Both the position numbers and the translations under genes were made by a program. Shown in pieces: positions 50,926 through 62,758 of a stretch of 64,000 bases of DNA (the stretch's first letter is position 1; the number at the start of each line of letters is the position of its first letter). The notes under the pieces are model-generated. The model worked only from the letters and a program-made list of their open reading frames with translations, was not told the origin of the DNA and ran no database searches. The stretch is from positions 483,972,001-484,036,000 of the forward strand of contig NC_067401.1 in the NCBI RefSeq assembly GCF_016432865.1, given 5' to 3'. Source of the stretch: Antechinus flavipes. Its lineage: Eukaryota.

Positions 50926-52508
50926 AGTTTTCTCATTGAGAATTCCTTATAATAAGGAAAGCAGAGGTACATTTCTTCCTTTATGCCAATGCCTTCCCTC
51001 TCAAAAAAAAAAAAAGGATCAAAAGGGAAAGTGATGTGGCTTAACTGTAAATATCTGAGGAAGGGGGATACAAACAATAAGGAAAAGATATTTGTATAGC
51101 ACTCCTAAATTGGGGCAATAGCCAATATCTACAAGGCATGCTGGGGAATGGTAAAGAAGAAATTCACTAGGGATGTTTCCAGAGAGCCTTCACATGAGGA
51201 GAAAGGAGCCTTTGAAAATCTTTGGAGAAGCTGTTCTACATATCCAGCAATATTATCACACCAAATTTAATGGGTGAGACTTCTGGGTCTATAACAAGTC
51301 TTTGCATCCAGGTTCCTTAGAAATGCTAAATATGTCTAAATATTTTTAAGTGAAGGATAGATTCATGCTCTTGGATGCTTGATTGGTTTCCCCACTTTTG
51401 ATAGCACAGTCTTAGAGCTGCCAATAAGCAAAAGTACGGGAGCTGGATGTTTTTATTATGGAGAGTTAACCAGAAAATCTGTCAGATTCCATAAAATGAG
51501 GGGGATTCAAGGCAGATAAAAAGAACAAAGCCAGAGCAATAACTGGAACAACCAGGAATAGTGTCTTATTTTCAAAAGGCAGCAGAACTGTTCACAGGAA
51601 TAAATGGCCCCAGTTGCAGTATGACCTGGAACTTCCCATCATCCTGAGCCTAACTCTCAGACTACAAGCTGTTTGTGGCCTGAAGTTAGTACAATAGTTT
51701 GTCTTCCAGAAACCATTTGGTAGGGTTCATCAGTTCAACTCAGAGTTACCCCAGGGGAATCAGTATTTTCACTCATAAATAAAACTTGCCTCCTGCCATG
51801 GATTTGACCTTTCCCCAAAATATGCCACCCTTTACTTAAGGTAATCCATGTACAATTTAAGGTTTCAATTCACTTGGACTTTATCTTATAATGATGCATT
51901 CTTTTTATGTTCTTTGATTTATATTGAACAAAATAACAGAGGACCTCCTGGGTCGTCAGAATCAACAAAAGGGATATATGTCTTTGAAGAAGGCTGACTA
52001 CAAAAGGTGTATATCACATTTCCCCCCCTTCTTAAGATAGTACTTCAGGGAAATCATGGCTTGGGGAATGATGGGAAGTTGCCTGGAGAGAAAGAATATA
52101 GTTGCTAGGTGTGCATGTAGGAAAGAAAATATTAGGTTTGTATGACTGAATACTAATTACCTTTTTTGATGAAATGTTGAGCCTTACCATCCTTATGCTT
52201 TTGTGGAGGCCCAAAAACATGCCATCTTTTCTCATCCCTGGCAAGCAAGTGCTCTGCATGCATAGTATAGGTCAATGGGAGCCCTTTTTTTTTTGCACTT
52301 TTCCAAATGACAAATTAAATTAGGCATAGCCTGGTGCCTTCGAATCTAATTGAGCAAAGCAACAATATTAATTTTAGTTTTAGACATGAAATTACTATTT
52401 GTATCAATCAAACAACAGTTCCTCTTGCTTAAGCCTCCATGTCCTCAGGTTGGGTCCTCCTTTGGCTCTTAGTGTACATTTTGGTATTAAGTTTCAAAAG
52501 TCATAAGG

Positions 52509-52679
52509 TGTAATGACCGCGTATTTAAAATCAGCCGGAGTCAGGAATTCAGGTTAAGGGGAAAATCTTCAATGCCATTCTTTCTCCAAGCTTATATATT
52601 AATAGAGTATGGTCCAATTACTATTTAGCCTCATGTGCTTGGGACCTCAGTGCATCAACTCAAGCCTCAGCCCATTACA
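52509..52679 (-). mobile_element. Internally deleted ERV solo LTR (171 bp)
   Basis: Perfect 7-bp terminal inverted repeat TGTAATG...CATTACA; LTR-like ends; imperfect flanks ataagg/tcaagg; strand inferred from a TATA-like motif. Confidence 0.65.
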
Positions 52680-53523
52680 TCAAGGGTATTTTTTAAAAGT
52701 AGATCTCAGGATTTATTAATGGAAGGGATCTTAGAGATCCCTCGGTTCAATCCCTTCCACTTCTCCTTTTGCCAATGAAGAAACTGAGACTTAGAGAGGC
52801 TAAGTAATTTGCTCATAATTATAGTAGTTGTGAGAATGGTTGAAGAACCATGATTCAAATTCTGACCCTTTTCCTAAAGCTCTAAACAGGTTACCTGAAA
52901 ATCTGTTGCACTAGTGTAAAAGCATACAGATGCCTGGCAGGAGTTCTTTGAGTTAGCTTATTGAGCAATTAATATGCAAAATAAATACATACAAATGATA
53001 GAATCATTAATAAGCTTCAGTTCAATTCAGTGCAATTTCATGAAGCACCTACTATGCTCCAAGTGGGACTGGGAATGAAAAAAAGAAAAAAAAATTCCTG
53101 ATCTCAAGGAGCTTTCATTTTCTTGTGTCAGGAGGAAATAATTTTTTTTTTGTTCAATGGAAGAGGGTCCAAATGGGGCATGCCCCCATACAGTCTTTCC
53201 CCTGGGCATAGTGCTCTCTGCTTTATATACCCTCAGAAAATGTACCACAAAACATTTCATATGGAAGAGGGCAGACTTTGTCCACCTGTGGTGTATCCCG
53301 TCAGTTTCCATAGCTCTTTAATGGATTCAGGCCCTATTACACATAGATTGCAATGTTTTTCCTGGCCTTCAGCTTTCTTTTCAAAGGATGAGACTTAAAG
53401 AGCTATTTTCATAGAAGCAATTTGGGGAAAATTACTGGTCCTTACAGAAGGCCATTTCTCAGGAGGCTTGGGTGGATGCTCTGTCAAGCACCGCTGATGG
53501 CTTGTTATGTTCTAGCCACTCAC

Positions 53524-53700
53524 CATAAGCGCTGTCTCTTTGGAACAAAGGGGTAATTAGAAATCATTTGTCATAAAAGCCTCTCTTTTTCTTCTGGCAT
53601 AAGAGCCTTTGTCTTTGGTTGACCCTTTTGAAAGTTGAGGTTTTTGAGGGGGAGGAAAAAAAATCCCATAAAACAAACCAACCCCACTCTGGAAAAGGAA
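53524..53700 (-). other. Candidate first exon ending in ATG|GTGAGT
   Basis: cagcgcttATG (53526-53524) followed by GTGAGT (53523-53518); TE-free; 5' limit unknown. Confidence 0.38.
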
Positions 53701-53861
53701 GCTTTTCTGTCTTTAATCTAGGGGCAGAGTGAGAGTCCAAAGAACTGGGCATAGCCCTACTTTAATCAAGTTAATGTAGCTGGCTCTGCCTCTGGGCTTG
53801 GGATAGTACAAAGAGACACTCTGATGTAAGCCTTGAGTGCATGCTTTCACAAGGCTCTAGG

Positions 53862-53937
53862 AGATAAGAGATTGTGTCCAAGAGGAGTCAATAATGTGAT
53901 GCACACCAGCCCCCCTCCCCTCCACGATAAGGGATAA
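53862..53937. promoter_or_regulatory. GATA motif cluster with a CCCCTCCCC (Sp/KLF-type) box
   Basis: AGATAA 53862, CGATAA 53925, GGATAA 53932, CCCCTCCCC 53912-53920; ~340-410 bp upstream of the candidate exon. Confidence 0.4.
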
Positions 53938-56369
53938 CGCTATGGTTGTGATGTGTTGTGTTGTGTTGTGTTATGTAATGTGTATGAAAGTGTAGAGGAA
54001 AAAAGCCAGCTGGTCCCTCCAGCCAGCATAATTTCCTTTCTAAGGCAATGGTGAGGAAGAAGGGCTTGGTGATGGACCTTTGTTTAGTTCAAAGGTTTTT
54101 ACCTCTTTATTCTAAAGCCCCATTGTGAATTCAGAGGGCTTAAAATATGTATCACTGTCCCTTTCATTTTATCCTTCTAAAAGAAATCAAAGGGGAAAAA
54201 ACTTACCCTTAACCCCTCCCTCAATGAGTTTAGTCTGTTTGAAATCAGGGTGTTTGTACATACATTCTCCCAATTCATTTTTCTCGGTTGAGCCTTTGTG
54301 ATGTTTGCTGGGATCAGGTCAGATAGTGGACTTTTCTGGGAGAGCTGCAAGGAACTTTTGCACAATCAAGGCCTGCTTCAGTTCTCCTTCAATGGTGCAA
54401 GGTGTGTTCCTTGTGAAAGAGAACCAAGAAAACTGGAAATCCATTTTCGAAAAGGCTGAAGCAGTGTTGTCGCACAAGTTTTGTTTTCTTTAAAATAAAA
54501 GCTTCTGGGAGTTTGTCTCAAGCTAATCTTAAGCCTCAAGTCATTTCTCTTGGCAACGACAATTTTCTTCAACAAAACTTTCAACTCTATCAAACAAGTT
54601 CTCAAGCAGAATTTAATCTATTATAAATCTTTCATGAATGTGACATACAAGAGTTAAAAAAAAAAGATGCACGATATTATCAAATGTATTACAGGCTCTT
54701 GAGGGAGGACCCTAGTACAAACATGGCTTTGGTGGGGCATATTGCTAAAAATCAGACTGCAGAGAACATTGGTAATTGTTGTTTACTATAATTGGCCTGA
54801 GGGATTTTTCCTAAAGGCATTTATTTCATATGGTGAAACTGCTTTATGCCTGTATTCTCTGTGTACTCTATGCTTTTCTACTGACATACAGTGCATATTT
54901 TAAAGTCTATCTTTTATCCACTCAATAAATTGAAAGCACAATCTTAGTGATTGACAGTCCATGCAAAAACCAAAATGATTGGGTTTTTCCTGGGAAAACA
55001 GAATAATCTGTTAGCAGTACAAAAATATTGGTGACACTAGCCTGTTTCCCAAAGAAATATTTTGTTCATCGTCTCCTGAAATGTGAATCAAAACAATCAT
55101 GACAGGTGAATGAAGAGAGAAAAATTAAGATAGAGCTACAAACAAAGGCAGCATTAATAATTCAGGTAAATAAAAACCTGTATACCAAAGGAAAGCGTCC
55201 TGTCAAGGTGATGGAGAATGTTTCCTCAAGTATAGGACACTTAGGCAAAGAGAAAATGAATTGAGCTTTGAATGTTTTACATTCCACACAAGGGCTTTTT
55301 ATATTTCAAAATTTCTTTTTTTTTTCTGGCTCCATTGTTCTAGCAAACATTATTTACTGTGATCTATAACCTCAGCTAGGTTAAATGAGTTGGATTATTT
55401 TTTTTTCTTGCTGTAGATTTCATTACAATTTTAAGGGCTAACCATGGAGAGACTATAAATTCTCCTCTTCATTAATACATTGCAATTTATTTATATTCAA
55501 TTTTAATTGGCCCAAAGCCATCACTTTCTCACTTGAGCTATTTAAGCAATCTTTCCCTTCCCCCACCTTAATCTCCCTTGGTGGGCATCTGGGAATGACC
55601 CAGACACATGGATGCCTTTGTTTTGGTATTCTTGAATTTGCATGATAAGATTTATCAAATACATTTTCAATAGATGGGTTAGAAGAGCCAGTCATAGAAA
55701 TACAGGTTATGTATAGCAAAAAATATGCTGATTTTGAAGTAGAGAGGCTACCAGTGTTCATATCATGGTAACCACCCAGTTCAATCTGCTCTTCTGGTCC
55801 TTGATGTGGACCAGTGCTTCAGATAAAGGTAACAGCTTCTGGGAGCACAGACTCAATGAGTGTGGGGAAAAGGACACCTAGAAGGCTTGTGTCTTGGAAC
55901 TGATGATGAAAGAAAGCACGTTTGAGGACAGGACTAACTACTTAAAAGCGGTGTTAGTTATTGATGGGATTTCTCATCGAAGAGCTTTCCTTGGTTCTGA
56001 AATTTGTCTGATATATATTCTTCCTTCCAACAAGGCCCTACTCTTATGAAGGCCAGTGATATACAGGGGACTTTTTGAAGGCTGTTCCAAGGGTTGGAAG
56101 CTGACATACCAGCTTTCTGACTTTTAAAACTTTTGAGTGTGAACCTGGTGATAAAACATAAGCTTGTTGTCTGACTATCTGCCTTTGGAGAAGCTCTTCA
56201 CCAGATTGACCATAGAGGAATGATTTTAAATTCTTAAAAACTATTTATTAAGTTGAAGAGGGATTGTGATATATGTTGCTGTGGGGAATATGAACACCCA
56301 GAATTTAAAGACTTAAATTATCAAGCATACAAAAATGCACTATTAAAAAAGTTAATTATAACAGAAGTT

Positions 56370-56600
56370 AACACTTAGACCTTAGGGCTTGCAAAGTGTT
56401 TTATGCATATTATTTAATTTGATCTTTTAAAATCCATTGCAGTAGGTGCTATTCTCATCCCCATTTTGCAGATAAGGCAACTGAGAGGTTGAACAACTTG
56501 CTGATGGTTGCATAGCTATTAAGTGTTTGGGGATGAATTTGAATTCAGATCTTGCTGACTTGAACCTAGCACTCTATCTACCATGTTACCTGGCTGCTAC
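56370..56600 (-). mobile_element. MIR SINE between the duplicate units
   Basis: ccccattttgcagataaggcaactgag CORE, antisense. Confidence 0.85.
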
Positions 56601-56894
56601 TCAGCTAACAAGACACCTTTAACTAAGATTTTTTGGAGAGAAAAAAATATTTGTGACTTTTAAGTTTACAAGTGCTGAAAAGTTTCTTCTAGTCTGTTGG
56701 GTAGATCTGGAATTTGATCATAAAGTCGCTCAAAAACCATTTACTAAAATATGAGTTTGTTGTCTGAGTACCTGCCTTTGGAGAAGCTCCTCACCAGATT
56801 GACCATAGAAGAATGCTTTTTAAAGTCACTTTCAAAAACTATTTACTAAGTCATGGAGAGGTTGTGATATATGTTGCTGTGAGGAATATGAACA

Positions 56895-57029
56895 TCTCAC
56901 ATGTTTATGTGAGCTTAAATTCACATGAAATTAAATGCGAATTTAATTTACATGTTATTGTAACATGTGACAATTAAAATTGTTGTGAATTTAACAACTG
57001 AAATTAATAAGAAAATTTTCTTATTAAAA
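56895..57029. repeat. Insertion composed of serial/nested inverted repeats
   Basis: Six or more adjacent stems, including a 24-bp perfect palindrome at 57004-57027. Confidence 0.88.
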
Positions 57030-57260
57030 GAAATTTAAAAACTGAAATTGTCAAATGTACAAAAACATAGTCTCGTTGAAATTCAAGTCTACAATGATTC
57101 ACTGGGCTTCACAATGGGATCACAGATGAGGATATGGATACACTGACCTTAACCTGAGTCTCTATGTCTCAAGATCATAGCAACAAAATTAGTTCTCTCC
57201 CTTCTAGGAAGTCAACAAATATTCTTCAATCCTCTATCATACTGTGGGCTGAAATAATAT

Positions 57261-57520
57261 GAATGAATGAATGAAAAAAAATGTATTAAGCATGTGGAAT
57301 GTACCTAGAACAATGCTAAATACAGGCAATGGAAAAAAGCTGACCCCTGCTTTCATGGAACTCACACTCTAACTAGAGGAGGTGATACATAAAAGAAAAA
57401 AAATAATTGCAAGATAGATGGAAAGGACTTCAAGTTCTAAAAGTGCCACTATGGATGGCAAAGCTCATGAGGAAAATAGGTCAGATGCTGGGCCAGGGTT
57501 TGGAGTGAATAGAGATATGG
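57261..57520 (-). mobile_element. L2 3' fragment
   Basis: (GAAT)n tail followed by L2 motifs. Confidence 0.7.
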
Positions 57521-58224
57521 AAGTCTTGAAGGAACTTAGGCGGAAGGGTCAGGGTAGATGGTAAGACCCGATGGTCTTCCATCTCATTGGAAGATATAGA
57601 GTCCTCTCATCCAAGCTATTTAATAGTTAAACAACCTAGAAAGGGTCTGTAGTACTTAGCAATATCAGCACTTAGAAGAAGGATGAAGGCAGAGATCACA
57701 TAAAACCTGCAGATAATGTGATTATCATCACTACAACCAAAACACATTTGCTTGTCATCAGTCCTGTGGTAACTGTGCTTTTCCATGATTTTTCAAGGAT
57801 CACCAGAATTAGTTTAGCATTCAAGAAATAAAGACTGAACAAAGATCAGAATTCAAATATATTTTGTTAGGCTAAAATAATGAACTAAATGTAGTAAGAA
57901 TAAATGTTACTAGGCTCAAGATGATTGATTGAGGGTTTTGTCTAAATGAAGCTCTGTCCTTCCACCTCAAAAATTAAGTTTGTCAATGATATAGAAATAA
58001 GTCAAAGAAAATTATATGCAAAGAAAATACAAAGTAAGTTTTTTTTTCCCTTGGGGGAGTGGTGGAGAGAGGAGTTCTAACAATTTGGAGTACTCACGAA
58101 AGAGGACCTTTTAGGAAGTGGAACTCAAGGTGAATCAAAAAGAAGTGAGAGCTTCCAGTTGGCAGAGAGGCAGATAGAGATGTTCCAAAAGTGGGATGCA
58201 GTCTCAGGAACTGATGGAGACTTA

Positions 58225-58460
58225 GGTGAGCAGAATCAAAAGAACAATATATATTACATATGCATCATCAAAAGACCAATTTTAAAGACTTTTATAAAGA
58301 AAAATTAAATGAGCAGAAACTGTAAAATAACAATGTAAAAAACAAATGATTCAAAACTTTTATAACTATGATCAATAAAATGACCATGATTTCAGAGTGC
58401 CAATGATGAAATATGCTATCCATTACGGAGAGGTGGTAGAGTCAGGGTGCAGAATTCCAT
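58225..58460 (+). mobile_element. Old L1 3' fragment
   Basis: aatgatgaaatatgctatcc...gtcagggtgcagaat 3'UTR motifs. Confidence 0.55.
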
Positions 58461-59974
58461 TATTTATTTATTTATTTATTAATAGGCACTGAAAAAAATT
58501 GTTTTGTTTGACTACATAGCTTTATTACCATAGGTTTGTATTTCTTTCCTCATTTTTTTCCCCAGTGGTCTGGGGAATGGGAGAGAATTCTTCTTCATTC
58601 TTCTTCAGTTCATTCTTTTTTAGGCAGTGCCTTCCACTTTCTCTACCATGCCCCAGAAACTTCTTCTTCCTGAAGTTCACTTCATTAATGGAATTCACAT
58701 ATTGTAAGTATCTTCACTTTCTGTGGCCTTTTCCTCCAGTTGGATGATTTCTCCCTGAGTTTCTATTTAAAAAAGGCACCCATTCTAGTCATGTCTTTAC
58801 TTCTAGGTAAAGACTAGGTTATGACTTGGATTGTTTCTTCCATGGACCCACAATAAAGACTTCCATTTTATTTTTTAATTCCTCGTTCATCACTAATAAT
58901 TAAGATGCTTTATTACATAGAGGAACCTCCCATTGCTAAATAACAGATTCTAGGGATAAAAACATTACTTTCTATTGATTGATTGACTTTGTTTTTCTTT
59001 TTAAAAGCTTGCTGATAAAAGATTTCCATACACTAATAGACTTATTTGTTGTGTTGACCTTTTCTTTTTGGCTTATATAATTTGAAAATTGGCCTTTGAG
59101 GTTGATTGTTTCTCTCTAAAACATATTCCTACTATTTTGATTGGTTAAAAGAAATTATAATCCTCAGGGCAATCTCTAGCATTTATCGGGTCTTTCATTC
59201 ACACATAATCCAAAAGGTAAGGCAGTCTCAACAATTGGGATTGCCAAGATATTTTTAAGCTGTTATTAGTCATTTTTCCCCTCCCACCGATGTACCACAT
59301 GGAAAAGAGCTTCTGAGGCCATTTTCTCCCTCTTTTCTCTCCCACACCAGCAGACTTTCCCTAGAAAAGAGATTTTTAGGTCATATTCTCTCATCTCTCT
59401 CTCCCACACCAAAAGACTTTCCCCCAATTATTGTATTGTATTTAAGATAGGATGAGATATTCCTTTCAAATCCCTTTAATCCTGAGACAATTAGCATCAA
59501 GGCTATGCAAATAAATCTTAAGAATACACTGCTACTCCCTATCCTTTTATTATGGGGAAGCTATGTAACAGGGCTTGGAGTAAAATATACTTGTGTTCAA
59601 ATCCTGTTTTGGATATTTATTAACTTTATGACTTTGGGAAATTCACTTAATATTTTTTTACCTGTTTCCTTAGCTTTAACATAAAGGATTGTAGTCTATG
59701 ATCACTGAAATTTCTTTCAGGTCCAAATTTATAATCCTTTGATAATTATGCCTGTGTCAGACATCTTAATTTTTCTTAGACTCAGTTTCCTCATATGTGA
59801 AAAGAGGGACTTACAATTCTAAACTTATGACCAAGATCATGACTTTTACAGTCTTGCCTTCTCTCAGGTTACCTTCCTCCTGCCCTCTCTATATGTTAGT
59901 GTATTTATTTATGGAAATAAACTGAATCTGAGTACATGTGATTATTTTCAAAGTGTCTGAAGTTGTACCAGTGG

Positions 59975-60572
59975 TCATAACAAACTCAATATGTATCTGT
60001 GGATTTTGGGTCATAGCCTTGACCAAAGAAACTTGTAATTTATGAGTTGCATTGGTTCTTTAAGAAGTAGCATGGCTAGTGGATTGAGCTACAGTCTAAC
60101 AAGGACATTAATAGACTGGAGACTACCCCTAGGATAATAGGATGGTAAAGAGACTTAAGTCCAGGTCATGTGAGGATTGGCTCAAAGAACTAAGTATATT
60201 TAGCTTGACAAAGACTCAGGGAGTATATAATGGTTTTTTTTTCTTGTAATTTGAAGGGCTGTCATATGGAAGATAGATATTTTTGTTCTATTTTGACCCA
60301 GAGAGCAGAACCAGGAACAATAGATAAAAGTTGCAGAAAAACCGGTTTTGACTTGATGTCAGGAAAACAAAAAACTTCTTCACTTTGAGGACTGTCCAAA
60401 AGTGCGTTGGTCTGCCTTAAGGTGGTGGTGGGTTTCCCTTTCTTAGAAGTCTTTAAGCAGAAGCTAGATGGCCACTTGTAAGGTCTGTCATAGTGGGGGA
60501 TTACTGTCATATAGGTTCTGGGCTAGATGGCTTCTTAAGTCTCTTTCAGCTCTCAGATTCTGTGGCTCTGTG
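59975..60572 (+). mobile_element. L3/CR1 3' fragment with terminus
   Basis: CR1 motifs through gggctagatgg...cagctctcagattctgtggctctgtga. Confidence 0.8.
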
Positions 60573-60879
60573 AAAGACAGCCTCCATACTTAGGTTCAAG
60601 TTCTTCCTTTGATTTAGATTGCCTCTGGGATAATGATCCTTTGCAAGTCATGTCATTTCTTAATGCCTTGATGAACTCCGCAGGACTCTAAGTTGCAGAA
60701 TAGTCTCCATCTAAATTTGTAGACAACATTTCCTCTTTCCTTCTAGGCACCTGTACAGTGTTTCTGGTGGATATGTGGCTGCTTTGGGAGTTCTTGATGC
60801 TGATGAAACCATAGATTTGACCCAAACCCAAAGACAATAAGAGAAAACAATCATTGCTTCTTCACTAGCTCCCGTGCTG

Positions 60880-62758
60880 ATGGTGCTTTTTCACTGATTA
60901 GTGATAAAGACATGATCCTAGAGAGATGGGCTGACTACTTCCATAGTGTTCTCGACAACCATCATCAATCAATTCTGAAGCTACTGATCATTTACCTCAG
61001 GTTGAAATCAATCACTCCTAAGCTGAAGTTCCAACTGAAAGCCATTTTGAAGGCCATTAAGCTACTTTTATGTAGGAAACTACCAGGTGCTGATTCTATT
61101 CCAGCTGCAATTTACAAGATGGGAAGTCCACTGCTCATACAAAAGATGACTGAATTTTTTTAGATTATATGGAAAGAGGAAATAATGCCCCAGGAGTTCA
61201 AGAATGTCTCAATTATCCATATTTCTAAAGGTAAAGGGAATAGATTGTTCTGTGATGATCACAGGGTATGGGGGGTCTCTCTTAGTCACTTCTGGCAAGA
61301 TTCTTGCCAGAGACTTCCTTAATAGACTGACCCTACACTTAGAAAAAGATCATCTACCTGAGAGCCATTGTGGCTTCAGAAGGGGTCAAGGAACAGTCAA
61401 TATGGTGCTTAGGAAAAATTCCTGGAGCAGAACAAAGGTCGGTATACAACTGAGGCCTTGGGTACTGTCAGTCATGAGGGATTATGGAAAAGTATGTCAA
61501 AATTTGGTTGCCAGAGAGGTTCATCAGTATATTACATCAGTTGCATGATGGCATTCTTGCCCGGGTTCTGGACAATGGACAATGCCCTTGCTCCAGTCAC
61601 CAGTGGGGTACACTAGCTCTCATGCTTTTTTAGCATGATGTCTTCAGCCATATTGTCAAGTGCCTTCAATGGTGACAAAAGTCAGCTACTGTAATGATTC
61701 TTCAACTTGAAAAGGCTACAAAACTGAAGTGGAGTGAGTGTTGGTGCCTGATTTTTTGTTTGTAAATGACCAAGCACTCCATTCAGCCTCTGAAGCTGAG
61801 TTGCAACAAAGTATGGATCAATTCTCTATTGCTTGTCCTAATTTGGACCTAAAAATTAACTCCAAGAAAACACAGGTCCTCCCTCAGCCAGTAGCACACC
61901 ATCCATATGTGGAACCATCAGTTTCCGTGAATGGTGAAGTTTTGAATGTTGTGGATAAAGTTCTCATACCTCGGCAATGGACCAGGAATGTCCACATTGA
62001 AAATGAGATTGACACAAGCATTGCCAGAGCTGGCTCAGTGTTTGGGAGGCTCAGAAGGAAAGTGTGGGAGAGGAGAGGTATTAGACTGACTACTAAACTG
62101 AAAGTCTACAGAGCCACTGTGCTGATCTCATTATTGTATGCCTGGGAAACTTGGATACTCAATACCGACGCCATGCCAGAACACTGAATTCCTTCCATTT
62201 GAATTGTCTTAGGGAGATTCTGGAGATCATCTGGCCGGAGAAGACACTGAAATCCTTTCTCGAACTAAACTGCCAAGTATTCCAACTCTACTGCAGAGAG
62301 CACAACTTCATTGGGCTGGCCACATTGTTCGAATGTCAAATGTATGTTTGCCAAAATAAATATTTTATGGAGAATTCACACTGGGAAAGAGTCCACAAGA
62401 TGATCAGAAAAAGCCATACAAGGACATTCTGAAGGTACCTCTTAAGAACTTTAGAATCGATTAATTATATGTATGACATGAGAGACACTGGCACAGGATC
62501 ACTCAGCATGGTGTACCCTCATCAGAGAAGGTGTTGTACTCTGTGAGCAAAGCAGAATTGAATTAGCCCCAAAGAAATGCAAGATGTGCAAAATTAGAGA
62601 TCGATCTCAAAAGATCCAATGGATTATTTGTGTCTGACCCGTGGCAGAGCATTCTAAGCTCATATTGGTCTTATTAGCCACAATTGGACACACCGTAACT
62701 TGACTCTCACATCATTTGGTCTTCTTCAAGAATAAAGAACAACTACCAACCAACTAAC
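60880..62758 (+). mobile_element. RTE LINE (RTE1_Mdo/RTE-1-like), 5'-truncated, frameshifted RT
   Basis: MILERWADYF; KLPGADSIPAAIYK; LPESHCGFRRGQGT; decayed FLFVND (LFADD); IARAGSVFGRLRRKVWERRGI; (CAAC)n tail. Confidence 0.95.

Larger units (their letters stand above)
56152..57065 (+). repeat. Local direct duplication (56152-56335 and 56745-57065)
   Basis: Shared ...ctgcctttggagaagct(ct/cc)tcaccagattgaccataga...tgtgatatatgttgctgtg; the second copy carries an insertion. Confidence 0.88.

Noticed and set aside
56895-57029. CRISPR-like or miRNA locus
   Set aside because: No repeat-spacer periodicity in this eukaryotic DNA; individual stems are too short for a canonical pre-miRNA
61738-62432. 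149-aa and 93-aa ORFs as host genes
   Set aside because: Pieces of the decayed RTE ORF; the catalytic ADD motif has degenerated to VND
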